Of a DNA stretch of 64,000 nt, positions 1 to 13,026 are shown one piece after another. The position numbers and the translations under genes were made by a program. The notes beneath the pieces were generated by a model. That model searched no databases and was not told the DNA's origin. It saw only the letters and a program-made list of their open reading frames with translations. The DNA is from Eledone cirrhosa (lineage: Eukaryota), in NCBI GenBank assembly GCA_964016885.1, contig OZ024743.1, positions 222,890,001 through 222,954,000 on the forward strand. Reading direction: 5' to 3'. The first letter of the stretch is position 1. Every line of letters begins with the position of its first letter.

Positions 1-499
1 CAGTGAGTCTGGTAAAGTAACAAGATGGAGGTTGCTATGGACGATGAGTGTGCAACGAGATGCGAAACTGTTTGAGTCCAGCTGCAATTAGCATTCTCGT
101 GTTGCGGTGCAGGTGAATTAACCTGCAAAGTGTCGATAGCATGTTTTGGTACCTCCACAAGGTGAGAAGGGGTCTCGCAGGATATTACGACGCAGAATAT
201 CATATACTAAGGACAACAACATGTTGGTGTGTGTCAAAGAAACGTGTGTGCATATGCAGGCATGTAATACAGCAAAGACAATGTGTGCGTGCAGTCATAT
301 ATATAATGATAGAGAGAAAAAAAATGAATTTTCATATAATAGTTTTTAAAAAAATAAATGTCCAAACATTGCCTGCAAAACACAAAAGAAAGAAATAATT
401 GTTTCTTAACACAAAGTTCGCTTTTTCTTTTCTTTGAAATTTCTTTGGGATCGATCTTACTAGGAAGCTAGTAGAGTTGTTTTGTTGATGTTGTTATCG

Positions 500-1330
500 A
501 AACGAAATCACAGTAATCCTCTGTAGAATCGAAGTCGAATTCACCATGCGTTGTCTATGGTTAGTGGCTAACCAATATTGTCGCTGCTGCTGATGGCGGC
601 GAAGTTGTCATTGCAGCCGTATCGAAGCTGTGGTAGTCACCGTAGTGGGAAATGTGTTACCAGAGGCTTTAGGTGACTGCTATTCGTTGTGGTGGTAGTT
701 GCGGCGGTATAACTACAAAGGTGTCACTATGCTGCGTCAGTTGCTGCTGATGGCCGGTAGTAGAGAAGTACTTGGTGGTAGCCATTTTGAAATTTCCTCG
801 TGGCGAAAATTTTTTGAAATACTGCTAATTTTTTTTTATTTTAAAAGGAATATTTTGTATTTAAAATATTCCTCACGTCAGGTCACCAATTTAGCAGTTA
901 AGATATGTTATTGTTAGTAGCGCCACAAGTAACCAGTTCGGTAGAAAGATGTGGTAAGAACATCGACAACGACTTTGGCTTGTTTTACATTATTTATTAA
1001 CAAGGTTGAGCTGTGTAGAGCTGAGTAGAGCAGGCATGCCAAGAGTAATAAAACAAACGAATTAAGAATTTCAGAAGGCACGGTCCACTCGCTGAAGTGT
1101 TGCCAGGCCGTGGTTAAATTGTTGTGTTACATATTGGCTAGTGATTTCACGACGAAAGAAAGTTAGTTGTTTACTTTTTCACAGTCAGGATGCAAGAGAG
1201 AGATTTCTCGAATCGACGCGGGAATTTTTCCCTCGGGGTGCGTAGAGATACATTCTCCTCCGCTGGCGGTCATTGGCTGGGCTGAGCCAAATAACTCACG
1301 GAGAATGTATGTGAGCCCACGGAATGTAGG
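500..1330 (-). promoter_or_regulatory. CpG-rich promoter-like segment
   Basis: Non-repetitive CpG-rich DNA with ATTGG at ~1133 and ~1272, GCGGGAA E2F-like ~1218, GCCATTTT YY1-like 781-788, CACGTCA ~874. Confidence 0.35.
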
Positions 1331-1849
1331 TCACTACATATATATCTCAGCTGTACCCTGCACCTCCTGCAGACAAGATGGTGAAAGGATTGCTGTAGTA
1401 AAGATTAAACAGTGATACATGCTGTATCAACCATGGGGCTCCTTCCTCAGCTTGGATGCAGTCTGGAGGGTGGGGAGCAGAGACTAAGGACATAGATGTC
1501 TGAATGATGTAGTCATGACAGTGACAAGCCTCCTGCCCCCCCCCCTCCCCAATATATGACAGAGAATGAATTTAGATGAGATGTACACATACACACACTT
1601 ATACACACACATATGTAAACACACATATACATAAACAACCCACCTACTTACATATGTAGAGACAATATACACATTCTGCCTCACACACTCTCTTTCTCTT
1701 ATACACACACTCTCTTATATGTACACAGGACCTTGCAAACACATGTTCTCTCATTCACACACACAATCTCATACACACTCTCTTATAAATACACACACTG
1801 CCTCATACACTCATCCCACAACATATATACACAGATATAGCACAGCTAA

Positions 1850-2550
1850 TTAAGGAAAGCCATATACAAAGGAGCTGTCAGTAAAGAGAGAGTAGGAAGT
1901 GAGTTTTGTGAGGAATTCAAGGTACAGGTAGGAATCCATCACGGTTCTGTTCTCAGCCCACTACTGTTCATCGTAGTTCACCAGGCCATAACTGAGGAGT
2001 TTAAGACTGGCTGCCCATGGGAACTTCTTTATGTGGATGATCTGGTCATTATAGCTGAATCCACAAAAGAACTAAAGAATAAGTTCCGACTATGAAAACA
2101 GAATTTGGAATCAAAAGGTCTCAGAGTAAACTTAGCTAAAACTAATGTGCTAGTAAGTAGGAAATAAGATAGGACCCTGATTCCCTCAGGGAAGTGGCCC
2201 TGCTCAATATGTAGAAAAGGAGTAGGCATAAACTCTATACGATGTACACAATGTAAATCATGGGGGTACACAAGAGATGTAGAGGGTTATCAGACTAACA
2301 GGTAGGGAAGACTTTGTATGCAGAAGATGCACAGGAGTAACAAAGGGGAAGAGTGTCAGTGATGTAAGCCTTTTTTAATTACAGGAAGGATCCATAGTAG
2401 TGGTTGATAGCTTCTGCTATCTAGGCAACATAATTAGCAACAGATGAGGGTGCTCTGAGAGCTCGAATAAGGATAGAATGGGAGAAGTTTAGAGAGCTGC
2501 TCCTACTGTTGACAACAAAAGGTTTCTCCCTAAGTACAAAAGCATGGCTG
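1850..2550 (+). mobile_element. RTE-clade LINE fragment (RT plus Cys/His insert), decayed
   Basis: GIHHGSVLSPLLF...GCPWELLYVDDLVII...KWPCSICRKGVGINSIRCTQC; stops and frameshifts. Confidence 0.9.
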
Positions 2551-3343
2551 CTTCCTTTCTCTCCACTTCTGTGTTTATGATTTTACTTTCTCATAAGTAA
2601 CATTTTACTCAAACTGTTTCCCTACTGAATCTCACTGAATGTTTGCTATAGTCCATGTATTACACATCAGTTTGATAACTCTTGTGGTACTAAACTTCCT
2701 CAAACCATCCCTCAATCTATGATACAAAACTGCTCATTTTTAAAATGTTTATCCTTATATTAAAATCTTCCATCATAATTATATTTTAGAAGTTTTTGTT
2801 AAGTAATTTCAGCTTAAAGTAAATTCAGCTTAAATTTTAACTTCCTAATGAAAAACTTAATTATTTCCTTAAATTCCTTCAAATATTTGGATATTTTCAA
2901 AATTAATTGAAACACATAGGCTGTGAACTTTATTAAAAACATGGTAATGAAAGGAAGAGTTTAACAAACATCTGTGGATAAGTACTGTAAAAAATATCTT
3001 CCTTAGGTTTATTCTAAGTTTCCTGTCACTTTTATTTTGCGTAATATCTATCACGTCTTTCCTAAATTCTGTATTTTCCATATATAGCAAGTACACTTGA
3101 CCTAGAATGATGTCTTCTTCGAACTACTTAAACTACTTCCAATTGCTGATGCTGAATCATTTCCTGTAAACAGTGCGGGGTGTGAATATTGGGTGTTTTG
3201 CAGGGGTTTTCCAAGCTGCTGAAGATCACCTTTTTTTACACATACTCTTTTACACTTTTTCTGGATTTAGTCTATAGACAGCGGCCATGCTGGGGCACCA
3301 TCATTGAGGGATTTAGTCAATCAGTCACATTTTGTTAATCTGG

Positions 3344-3590
3344 TATGAGTTGTGTTCAAAAAGTATCTGACCTTTGGACATAAGAAAAAATAATTTTGTA
3401 CATTTCACAAATTTTATTTAATCACCATTAAAATACTCCCCTTGGAAGTTCACACACTTCTCCCAGCAGTTCTGCCACTGCTGGGAACACCTCTGGAATG
3501 CCTTCTCTGGAATTCTATAGAGCTCCACCATTACTTTTTTTATAATTTCCTTTTGCGACTCAAATCACTTCTCTTTCAGCGTAGTTTTCA
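3344..3590 (-). mobile_element. Mariner terminal fragment
   Basis: tatgagttgtgttcaaaaagtatctgacc TIR-like end, followed by antisense transposase C-terminus (F..W...WEKCV..QG.YF). Confidence 0.65.
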
Positions 3591-3967
3591 GCCACACACA
3601 CACACACACATTTACTAGCCAGCTCTGCTAGCTTAGTGCTAACAAGGCTGGCTACCAACACTAACAAAAGGTTAGTAGAATTCACTACTTTTAGATTCTA
3701 TATTCACACATACAATCAACATACTACAATTAAACATGTATCTTTTTCTGTTTGTTCATTACTGCACATAATTCCAAAGTAAATCATGCAACCAATAAAA
3801 ACATAAAAATTAATGGTGTCTTGTTCATTTGTAAATTCATATCAATACGATTGGGAAAAATCATCTTCACCACAATAATATCACATCAACACGACAAGCA
3901 ACTACTACTACTGGTTTCATTGACCATGGCAAGATTTCACAGCAACAATTCTCTTGACTTACTGAGA

Positions 3968-5050
3968 CACTTCACTTGCCATGGACTCAACCAACAATTC
4001 ACTCATACTCACAGAGGTACACTTCACTCACTTGCCATGGACTGCACCAACAATTCACTCATACTCACAGAGGTTCACTTCACTCACTTGCCATGGACTG
4101 CACCAACAATTCACTCATACTCACAGAGGTTCACTTCACTCACTTGCCATGGACTGCACCAACAATTCACTCATACTCACTTGCCATGGACTGCACCAAC
4201 AATTCACTCATACTCACAGAGGTTCACTTCACTCACTTGCCATGGACTGCACCAACAATTCACTCATACTCACAGAGGTTCACTTCACTCACTTGCCATG
4301 GACTGCACCAACAATTCACTCATACTCACAGAGGTTCACTTCACTCACTTGCCATGGACTGCACCAACAATTCACTCATACTCACAGAGGTTCACTTCAC
4401 TCACTTGCCATGGACTGCACCAACAATTCACTCATACTCACAGAGGTTCACTTCACTCACTTGCCATGGACTGCGCCAACAATTCACTCATACTCACAGA
4501 GGTTCACTTCACTCACTTGCCATGGACTGCACCAACAATTCACTCATACTCACAGAGGTTCACTTCACTCACTTGCCATGGACTGCGCCAACAATTCACT
4601 CATACTCACAGAGGTTCACATCACTCACTTGCCATGGACTGCGCCAACAATTCACTCATACTCACAGAGGTTCACTTCACTCACTTGCCATGGACTGCAC
4701 CAACAATTCACTCATACTCACAGAGGTTCACTTCACTCACTTGCCATGGACTGCACCAACAATTCACTCATACTCACAGAGGTTCACTTCACTCACTTGC
4801 CATGGACTGCACCAACAATTCACTCATACTCACAGAGGTTCACTTCACTCACTTGCCATGGACTGCGCCAACAATTCACTCATACTCACAGAGGTTCACT
4901 TCACTCACTTGCCATGGACTGCGCCAACAATTCACTCATACTCACAGAGGTTCACTTCACTCACTTGCCATGGACTGCACCAACAATTCACTCATACTCA
5001 CAGAGGTTCACTTCACTCACTTGCCATAGACTGCACGAACAACTCACTTA
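3968..5050. repeat. 56-bp minisatellite, ~19 units
   Basis: unit cacttcactcacttgccatggactgcaccaacaattcactcatactcacagaggtt; one 37-bp deleted unit at ~4146-4182. Confidence 0.97.
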
Positions 5051-6354
5051 TTCAACTTCATGAACTCATCTCCCAACCTCTACTACACCACCACAAATGA
5101 ATCAAACAAGGAAACAACTACACTTAATCACAGCTAAATATGTATGTAATGTATGTGTGTGAATTGCAAAAAGTGCCCAGTTCACACAGTGAAGTGGTTG
5201 TGTAGGTGTCATGACAAAAGGTGCCCATCCACAATGTAAAGTCATGTAGGTGTCACAACAAAAAGCACCCAGTGAACACTGTAAATATGGTTGGCGTTAG
5301 GAAGGGCATTCAGTCATAGAAACCAAGCAAAAGATAGTCACCTGACCTGACATTGCTCACAACAGAACAACTTGTCTAACAGTGATGATGATGATACATA
5401 TATATATATTGTTTGTTTGTTTTAATTTTAATTTTTTCATATATATATATATATATATATATACAAAAACTAACAAACAAGAGGATGCATTAACATAAAG
5501 TCTTACTAGTTTCATGCTTAAAAGAAAGAAGTTCCCTTCATCAGGAATAACAGAGTTCGGAGTGTAGAATAAAAGAATAAAAAAAGGAAAAACGCAAAAA
5601 ATTAAAAAAAATTTTTTTATTAAAAAAATAGAATTAAAATTAAAATTAATTGGAGAGGGGGGGGGGGGGATGAGTCATGATGGGTGGGGGAGTAGTCTGG
5701 TGAACACGGGTGGGGGCCATGGTGAAGGGTGCAAATGTGTAGTTGGTGGTTACGTGTAGATGGGGTGCATGTGTGGGTGTAATGTGTGTTGTTGGTGGAA
5801 ATATGTGTGCATGTGTGTATACACATGCATTGACATGCACATGCATGAATATGCACACATAAACACTTGCACATGAGCAAGCATGTGCACACACACATTC
5901 ATAGATGTGTGCATATTTGGGATTTGTGTATCATGCATGTCCTTGTGTGTATATGTGTGTTTGGCAGGGATGTGTGGTTATCGGTGTGTATTGTATGACT
6001 ACATGTATTAGTGTATGTGTGTGTGTGTATGGATGGGGTAGGGTGGGTTTTCATATCCAGTAGGGTCCAAGTTGGTAAGTCCAGTGTATATGGAATTGTG
6101 GGTGAGTGGTAGCCACAGTAAATGTGTGTGTGTGCACATGCATGAGATGGTGATGGCAGAGTTCTAAGGGAGGACAATACACGAACACAAGCGCATGAAC
6201 ACATACGTGCATTCGCACACACACACAGACATACACACATATACACAGGTGTACACATAGAGACATATATACCAAGTAATAAAAAAGGTTCCTCACACGC
6301 CCCCAACCCACTTTCCGTCCAGTTTCAAGTTCCCTCCAAATTTATTCTGCATTC

Positions 6355-6810
6355 AAACCATCATCACTGCCACCATCACCACCACCACTGTCACCATCTG
6401 CATGACACTCACCTCGCCATCACCATCATCACTGTCACAAAACCCCCTTGCCATTACCACCACCACTGCCATCATCTGTCCGACACCCCCTCACCATCAT
6501 CACCACTGCCACTATCTGCATGACACTCCCTCACCATCGCCACTATCACCACCACCATTGCCACCATCTTCCCAACACTCCCTCGCCAATATTACCACCA
6601 CTACTATCATTGCTACCATCTGCACCACTGCTACCATCCACAAGATACCACCTCACCATCACTGGCCTCACCACCACTGCTACCATCTGCCCAACACTCC
6701 CTGACACTCCCTTGCCAACATAACCACCACCACTGCCACCACCGCCATGATACCACCATTGCCACCATCTGCACGACACCTCCTTGCCGCCATCACCTCC
6801 ACCATCACTA
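6355..6810. repeat. (CAC/CAT)-rich low-complexity repeat
   Basis: Degenerate trinucleotide array. Confidence 0.85.
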
Positions 6811-7494
6811 CAAACTGTTGTTCCCCTTTAATTTATTAAGGTCAGGATAACTGCAATTTTCAGCTTTGGTTTCAACTTCAACCTACTTCTATTTTCTGTT
6901 TTATCTATACCAACTAACTGACAAGCAAAACTCTCTCTCAGTAGCTCTCTCTTATTCCTGATGCCCCTCCCAGCTCCCATCTCACAAGCGCCATTTTCCA
7001 TGTCAGGTGACTCAGTGCTATATTTAAAGGGTAACATGGCCGATAGAAACATCATATTTGTCATAAGGTTCTGTAGAGTCTATTTTTTTATGTTAAACAA
7101 GGAGCCCTCCACAGCTTCTTAAACATCCATATACATGTAAAGCACTGAAATTTAAGATGTCTGGCATCTATAACAAGTAATGTTTTTCTTCAAATATAGG
7201 AGTTAAAAAAAGCTCAAATTGTTGAGGTTTTTTTCTAATGAAAGACATTGCTTATAATTTTCAAGTAATTTTGAAAATAATCAGAAATTTTGAGGCAATT
7301 AGTAATATAACTAACTTTCTCATCCTTTAACTAGTATTTGCATCATGAGTTAACATAGGTTCATCATCATCATTGTCGTTTTAATGTTTGCTTTCCTTGC
7401 TTGCAAGGGTTACGGCCTATATAATTTAATCAATGTTTTTAGACTTTCACAGTTACATCATCAGGAGATTTGTTGGATTATTTTTACTGTCTCT

Positions 7495-8225
7495 TTGGTG
7501 AGTAAGAAAGAAGACAAGACTGATGTAGAAAAGGAGTAGATAGAAAATTTATACGATGGACACTGTAAAACATGGGTTCACAAGAAATGCAGTGGTATTG
7601 TAGGCTGACTCACAGAAAATGTAGACTTTATGTGTAAGAGCCCAAGTAAAATAAACTGTTGCCAATCCTGGGAAGGCTCCATAGAAGTAGTTGATAGCTT
7701 CTGTTACCTAGGAGACCTAATTGGTAGTGGAGGAGGCTGCTCTTTCAAGGGGCCACTACCTTTGTTGACAACAAACAGTTTTCTCTCTACTTACAAAAGA
7801 CCAGCTGTATGATGTCTGTGTGCAAAGTGTGATGTTACATGACAGAGCAGCATTGGCTATAGATGTAGAGGCTGAAGAGAAATGAAGTGAATAAGTTTTG
7901 ATGGATGTATGATAGTTAATGTACATGAACGGCAAAATAAAGATAAGCTGAGAAAAAAACTGGCTATAGGAGGAATCAAATGCAGTGTGCAGAAGAGAAG
8001 ACTGCACTGGTGTGGAAATGTGATACATGTGGATGACAGTTGTTAAGTGAAGAAGTGCCGGAAGTTGCAGTAGAAGAAGACCCAAAAAAACCTGGGCAAA
8101 AGTAGATCTCAAAACTCTGAACCTCACAAAGGAGATGATGAACATAAGTGAAGGGAGGCTGTCCTGGAAAAGACCTGTCCAACCCATGCAAGCATTGAAA
8201 AGCAGATGTAAAAGGACGATGTAGG
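7495..8225 (+). mobile_element. RTE-clade LINE 3' fragment, decayed
   Basis: WVHKKCSG..EGSIEVVDSFCYLGDLIGSGGGCS; 3' tail cctgtccaacccatgcaagc...gatgta. Confidence 0.85.
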
Positions 8226-8485
8226 ACTGCTTATAATTTTCAAATAATTTCGAAAATGATCAAGAATTAGGAGATATTTATTAATATAACTAACTAGCTC
8301 ATTAATAATCTGGTCTTTGGAATATAACTTTAAAAAAAGGTTTCTTACATAAACTTAATAGGGAAGGTTTATAGATAACAAGTACTTTAACCCTTTCATA
8401 ACTATATTTCTAATGAGAAAGACTGCCTATGATTTTTTTAAATAATGGAAAATTTTGAGGGATTTGGCTGGTGTTTGAAACTTAA

Positions 8486-8710
8486 CCCATTAGCATTTAC
8501 ATTACTCTATATATACTATTATATTTTCACAGTAAAGGCTTTATCTCACAATTATCTCATATAATATATAATCTATGAGATTTTGATGACAATATTATTT
8601 ATTTTGAGAACAATACCTTAATGTCAGTATGAGTGGCTAGTTATGGCCGATTTGAACAGAAAGAGGTGAGAGAATTCTAAGCGGATATGGCTGGTTTAAA
8701 TGCTAAAGGG
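8486..8710. mobile_element. piggyBac-type MITE
   Basis: TTAA TSDs, CCCATTAGCATTTA/TAAATGCTAAAGGG TIRs. Confidence 0.85.
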
Positions 8711-8968
8711 TTAACTTAACAGAAGTTCTGACACAAAGTGCAAATGTAAAATTTTTAGATAAAATATAAACACATTTTAACTCTTAATGTCCTGCATGCA
8801 CCACATGAAATACTAAACAGCACTGTGACTGCATTTCATTAAAAATTGAAGTCTCTACTTTAATTTACTGCAAACTTTCACTATGATCTGTTTATCTGCT
8901 AGTAAAGATACTATCAACATTTGAATTGACAAACATGTTTTTATATATTTTCTGCTAAATCTCTACAG

Positions 8969-9158
8969 CAGGCATGTCAAACATGCAGCCCTTAACAAGC
9001 ACACCTGCAGCCTGCACCAAGGTTTTTACAGCACGATTATGTTTTATTTTCGTAATAGAAAATAGAAAAAATTAGTTGTAATGTGCGCAATTAGTTGTCG
9101 TGTGTGGCCCTCAGACAACACGTATGTGACCCATGTGGCCCTCAGATTGACATGCCTG
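8969..9158. mobile_element. hAT-type MITE (190 bp)
   Basis: TIR CAGGCATGTCAA/TTGACATGCCTG; perfect 8-bp TSD CTCTACAG at 8961-8968 and 9159-9166. Confidence 0.92.
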
Positions 9159-9696
9159 CTCTACAGAGTTAAATAAATAGGATCATTGAACCAGGGGTAA
9201 ATTCATGTGATTTGGTATCAAAAGGGTTAAAGAAGCATTATCATATTTCTCATGTATTTGGATTAATTTGTGAAAAACTTGAAGAGATTTACTAAATTTA
9301 TTAATTATTTCATTATTAAGATAATATTTGTAACATAACTTAACAATAGGTTCTTATATAAAATTATGTTGGAAGATTTTAATTTAGGTAAAACCCTTTA
9401 AAATCAATGTATTATAGAACCCGAAGCAATTTGGGATGGTTTTATATCAGAAACCAATTTTGTGTTTCATTTCAATATACATTTTATCTCATCCACCATT
9501 TGTGTGGGATTGAAAGTTTTTTATAAAATTTCTGAGCTAAAGATATTTCTTGTCTTTGTGCTATTTCTGCTACAGTTATGGTGAGGCCAATTGAAATTGT
9601 TGACATATGTGTTAGCAGTTGAGGAGTAAAGGCTGTCATGTACAGAAACTAATATAATGTGGATATATATAGCTAGCATTCAGTAGCCAGTGTGAC

Positions 9697-10002
9697 AAGG
9701 TGTGTTAGGGAGGCACAATATGACCCCTATTCTGGGAGTCAGCTGCATGTGATATTATGTTAGGGAGGCACACTATGACCCCTATTTTGGGAGTCAACCA
9801 GGTCATGTGACATTAATGTTGTGTGTTAGGAAAGGATATTGTGACCCCTATTATGGGAGTCAGCTGGATCATGTGACAGTAACGTAGTGTGTTAGGAAAG
9901 GATATTGTGACCCCTATTATGGGAGTCAGCTGGATCCTGTGACAGTAATGTGGTGTGTTAGGGAGGAACACTATGACCCTATTCTGGGAGTCAGCTGGAT
10001 CA
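9697..10002. repeat. ~60-67-bp tandem repeat, 5 units
   Basis: gtgttagggaggcaca.tatgacccctattctgggagtcagctg... repeated. Confidence 0.9.
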
Positions 10003-10412
10003 GCCTTATATTTGAAGGAACACTTGTAGAAAACGTCATCATTTTTGTAGAGAATTCAATAAAACTTGTATTCAACTGGTAAAGCAACAACAGAAACAAC
10101 AACCACAACCTAGGAATACAGTGTACCTATTTTAAACTGGATACCTACAGAATTAGGAAATTATAATTCTGTTCAAATATTTTCCCTCTGCCACCTAAGT
10201 CTGCCTTATCTCCTTGATTCTCAGTTCCTCGTCCAACAATGCCAGCATGGAAAGACAGATCTATCCCACAATGTACCATAAGACATCACTCTTTGGGCCA
10301 CTTTCCTCAACAAGCAGCATTTAGCCTCATGCTATCACCTTTCCCATCCTATCACTGCCTCCCCAGCCTGGCTGAGAACACAATAAACACCCTAAGTGCT
10401 GTGCACTCATCC

Positions 10413-10806
10413 CATACAGTAAGGTAGATGTGCTGGTGCCACAATAAAATACACTCAGCCCACACAGTAAGGTAGTTGTGTTGGTGCCACAATAAAATGT
10501 ACCCAGCCCACACAGTAAGGTAGATGTGCTGGTGCCACAATAAAATACACTCAGCCCACGCAGTAAGGTAGTTGTGCTGGTGCCACAATAAAATGTACCC
10601 AGCCCACACAGTAAGGTAGATGTGCTGGTGCCACAATAAAATGTACCCAGCCCACACAGTAAGGTAGTTGTGCTGGTGCCACAATAAAATGTACCCAGCC
10701 CACACAGTAAGGTAGTTGTGCTGGTGCCACAATAAAATGTACCCAGCCCACACAGTAAGGTAGTTGTGCTGGTGCTACAATAAAATGTACCCAGTTCACT
10801 CTGTAA
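10413..10806. repeat. 48-bp minisatellite, ~8 units
   Basis: unit cagtaaggtagttgtgctggtgccacaataaaatgtacccagcccaca. Confidence 0.95.
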
Positions 10807-11431
10807 GAATTCTGGAGAATTTTGCATCATAAATGTTAATTGATTAATTAAACTCATGTATATTTCACTAGAAATACAACCCTGAATCAACTAAGCAGTC
10901 AATGGTCCAGACATCTATAATCCAGACAAAAGCCCAGTCAAAAAGTTATTGACTGACTCTTTGAAGATGGACTGGTCAATATTTCCGTCAATAGTTCAGT
11001 ACACAAAAACAGATGGTAATCTAATCAATAATGTAGCCAATATTCCAATCAATAACCCTATTAATAGCCTAATCAATAATTGACCCAATAATAGCTCTAC
11101 TATTATAACTATGAGGTAACCGTTGTATCGACTAGAACTTTAGATGATGTTCTTAGGTGAGTCTTTCTACACCTGTAGAGACATATATTAATATATACTC
11201 TCCCCGCCCCCTCTCTCTCTCTATATATATATATATTTATATATGTTTGTTGGTTCACCACTGGATAGAACTGGTCATTCCGTATGGTTAACCTCGATGT
11301 AATATTAGGGAGAGCACTCGACGTAATGCAACTCACCCGTCTTCGTTTGTGTAGTTGGTGGTGCGAGTACGGAGTTAATTATTATAAAATAACAGGAGGC
11401 TGGACTGGTGTAATTCCTTAAAAGGTTTATT

Positions 11432-11489
11432 ATACTATGATCATTTCAGTGACCGGCTTCTGTATGAACCCAGTGACATCATCAGGTAT
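11432..11489 (-). ncRNA. Minimal type I hammerhead ribozyme motif (inverted copy)
   Basis: minus strand: atac CTGATGA t gtcactgggttc..gaagccggtcac t GAAA tgatca TA gtat. Confidence 0.75.
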
Positions 11490-11681
11490 TCGAAATTTAA
11501 CAAAGGAATATAATAGACAAAATCCATGGGGCTGAAAAGCAGAGACAGCAGGGTGGCCGAACATTTAGCAGCTTCCAGGGCGGCTGACTGGGCTGGAAGC
11601 TGCTAAATGTTCGGCCACCCTGCTGTCTCTGCTTTTCAGCCCCATGGATTTTGTCTATTATATTCCTTTGTTAAATTTTGA

Positions 11682-11739
11682 ATACCTGATGATGTCACCA
11701 GGTTCTTACTGAACCCGGTCACTGAAATGATCATAGTAT
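11682..11739 (+). ncRNA. Minimal type I hammerhead ribozyme motif
   Basis: stem I atac/gtat; CTGATGA 11686-11692; stem II; GAAA 11724-11727; palindromic TGATCA; UA cleavage site after 11735. Confidence 0.75.
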
Positions 11740-11814
11740 AATAAACCTTTTAAGGAATTACACCAGTCCAGCCTCCTGTTATTTTATCATATATATATAT
11801 ATATACACACACAT

Positions 11815-12675
11815 GGAGGTGAACCACTTATCAAAGCACTTTAACATCCTTTTAACTCTATTATCACCACAGGAAAAAGCCCAGACATTTTCAAGAAAGC
11901 ATTGATAGTTGTACTCTACAAATAAGGTAGCAGACTTGATTGTTGGAACTATCGTCCTATCAGCCTATTGAATCATGTTTAGAAGTTCTTCATGAGTATC
12001 ATTGCAGCATGAGTAAATTCAGACTTTACGCTTCATTTCCTGAAACACAAGCTGATCCTAGCTATTGAACAAATCCCTGAGAAATGAAAAGAATTCAACA
12101 ACCCTGTGCACATCACCTTCATTGACTTCACAAAGGCTTTTGACATGGTGAAACTACCCAGCTTGTGGCATCTCTTAAACAAAACCTCAATTAACAAGAA
12201 ATACTACTGAAACAAAACCACACCAACTTAACAGCATACATCAAAACAAATGTACTATACACAGTGTAGTACATCTCCCTGCTTAACTCCCTTCAAGATA
12301 TCTTGAAGGGAGTTAAGCAGAGAAATGTACTGTCAGCACTTCTTTTCTGTATCATTATAGCTGCACTTATATACCAAACTGAAGAAGAATGCTCCTCCGG
12401 CTATCAAATAGGACGTCAAATCCTATCAAATCTTAGCTATACAGTCGATCTGGCCATCAGGAGTTACTCTGGAACTGATCTGCAAAACATTCTAAATGTA
12501 CTGTCCAAACATTAACTAGAGGCAGGCTTACACATTAACATCTCTAAAGTGAAGTGTATGACAACTGATAAAAACAATGCCAATCTCCCACTTACAATCT
12601 ACAACTAGCAAATTGCTCAAGTTACGGAGTTTGTATATCTCAGTCACAACTATCATCAAACAACAATGGAATGGT
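11815..12675 (+). mobile_element. Non-LTR RT fragment (different RTE-like family)
   Basis: NYRPISLLNHV, FIDFTKAFD, GVKQRNVLSALLF, LSYTVDL motifs with stops. Confidence 0.8.
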
Positions 12676-12848
12676 TCAGTATATATTATATATATATATA
12701 TATATATACTGCGGTAGTTGATGGTCAACTTCCTTCGGACCTGTGCCTGCGCAGGGAACGGGCTAAGAACTCAAGAGCACACGCTTTGTCCGTTCACATG
12801 TCGATTCAATTTGGATTGCCTCGGAAACATAACCTTATTATGTAACAA

Positions 12849-12922
12849 GCTGTCTGATGATGTGACGGCACTGGCACACCGAACCGTGTGGCCACTGTCG
12901 TCATTGAAATATGTATCACAGC
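12849..12922 (+). ncRNA. Minimal type I hammerhead ribozyme motif
   Basis: stem I gctgt/acagc; CTGATGA 12854-12860; ~17-bp stem II (gtgacggca-tggc-acac / gtgt-gcca-tgtcgtcat); GAAA 12906-12909; tatgta; UC site after 12917. Confidence 0.8.
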
Positions 12923-12994
12923 ATTATCATTAAAGGACTTTAACAACTGAAACTACTTCGCTTTTTCTTATTCTATATATATATATATATATCT

Positions 12995-13026
<32 letters not shown>

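Larger units (their letters stand above)
11384..11787. repeat. Long inverted repeat, 195-bp arms, 14-nt spacer (PLE pLTR fold-back)
   Basis: 11384-11578 is the reverse complement of 11593-11787 apart from a few mismatches. Confidence 0.95.

Noticed and set aside
3095-3262. Possible minus-strand terminal exon (KKCKRV...SSKKTSF*)
   Set aside because: Weak acceptor and no recognisable homology.
3752-5100. Three overlapping 360-425 aa ORFs
   Set aside because: Artefact of a stop-free 56-bp tandem unit; all frames give the same cycling peptide.
5500-5550. Minus-strand CTGATGA...GAAACTAGTA hammerhead-like motif
   Set aside because: Core and ACTAGT palindrome present but stems I and II do not pair; at most a decayed remnant.
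7435-7470. Minus-strand CTGATGA..GAAA
   Set aside because: No stem II, no UH site, no stem I.
9697-10806. CRISPR-like appearance of regular repeats
   Set aside because: Pure tandem units without unique spacers, no cas genes, eukaryotic context.
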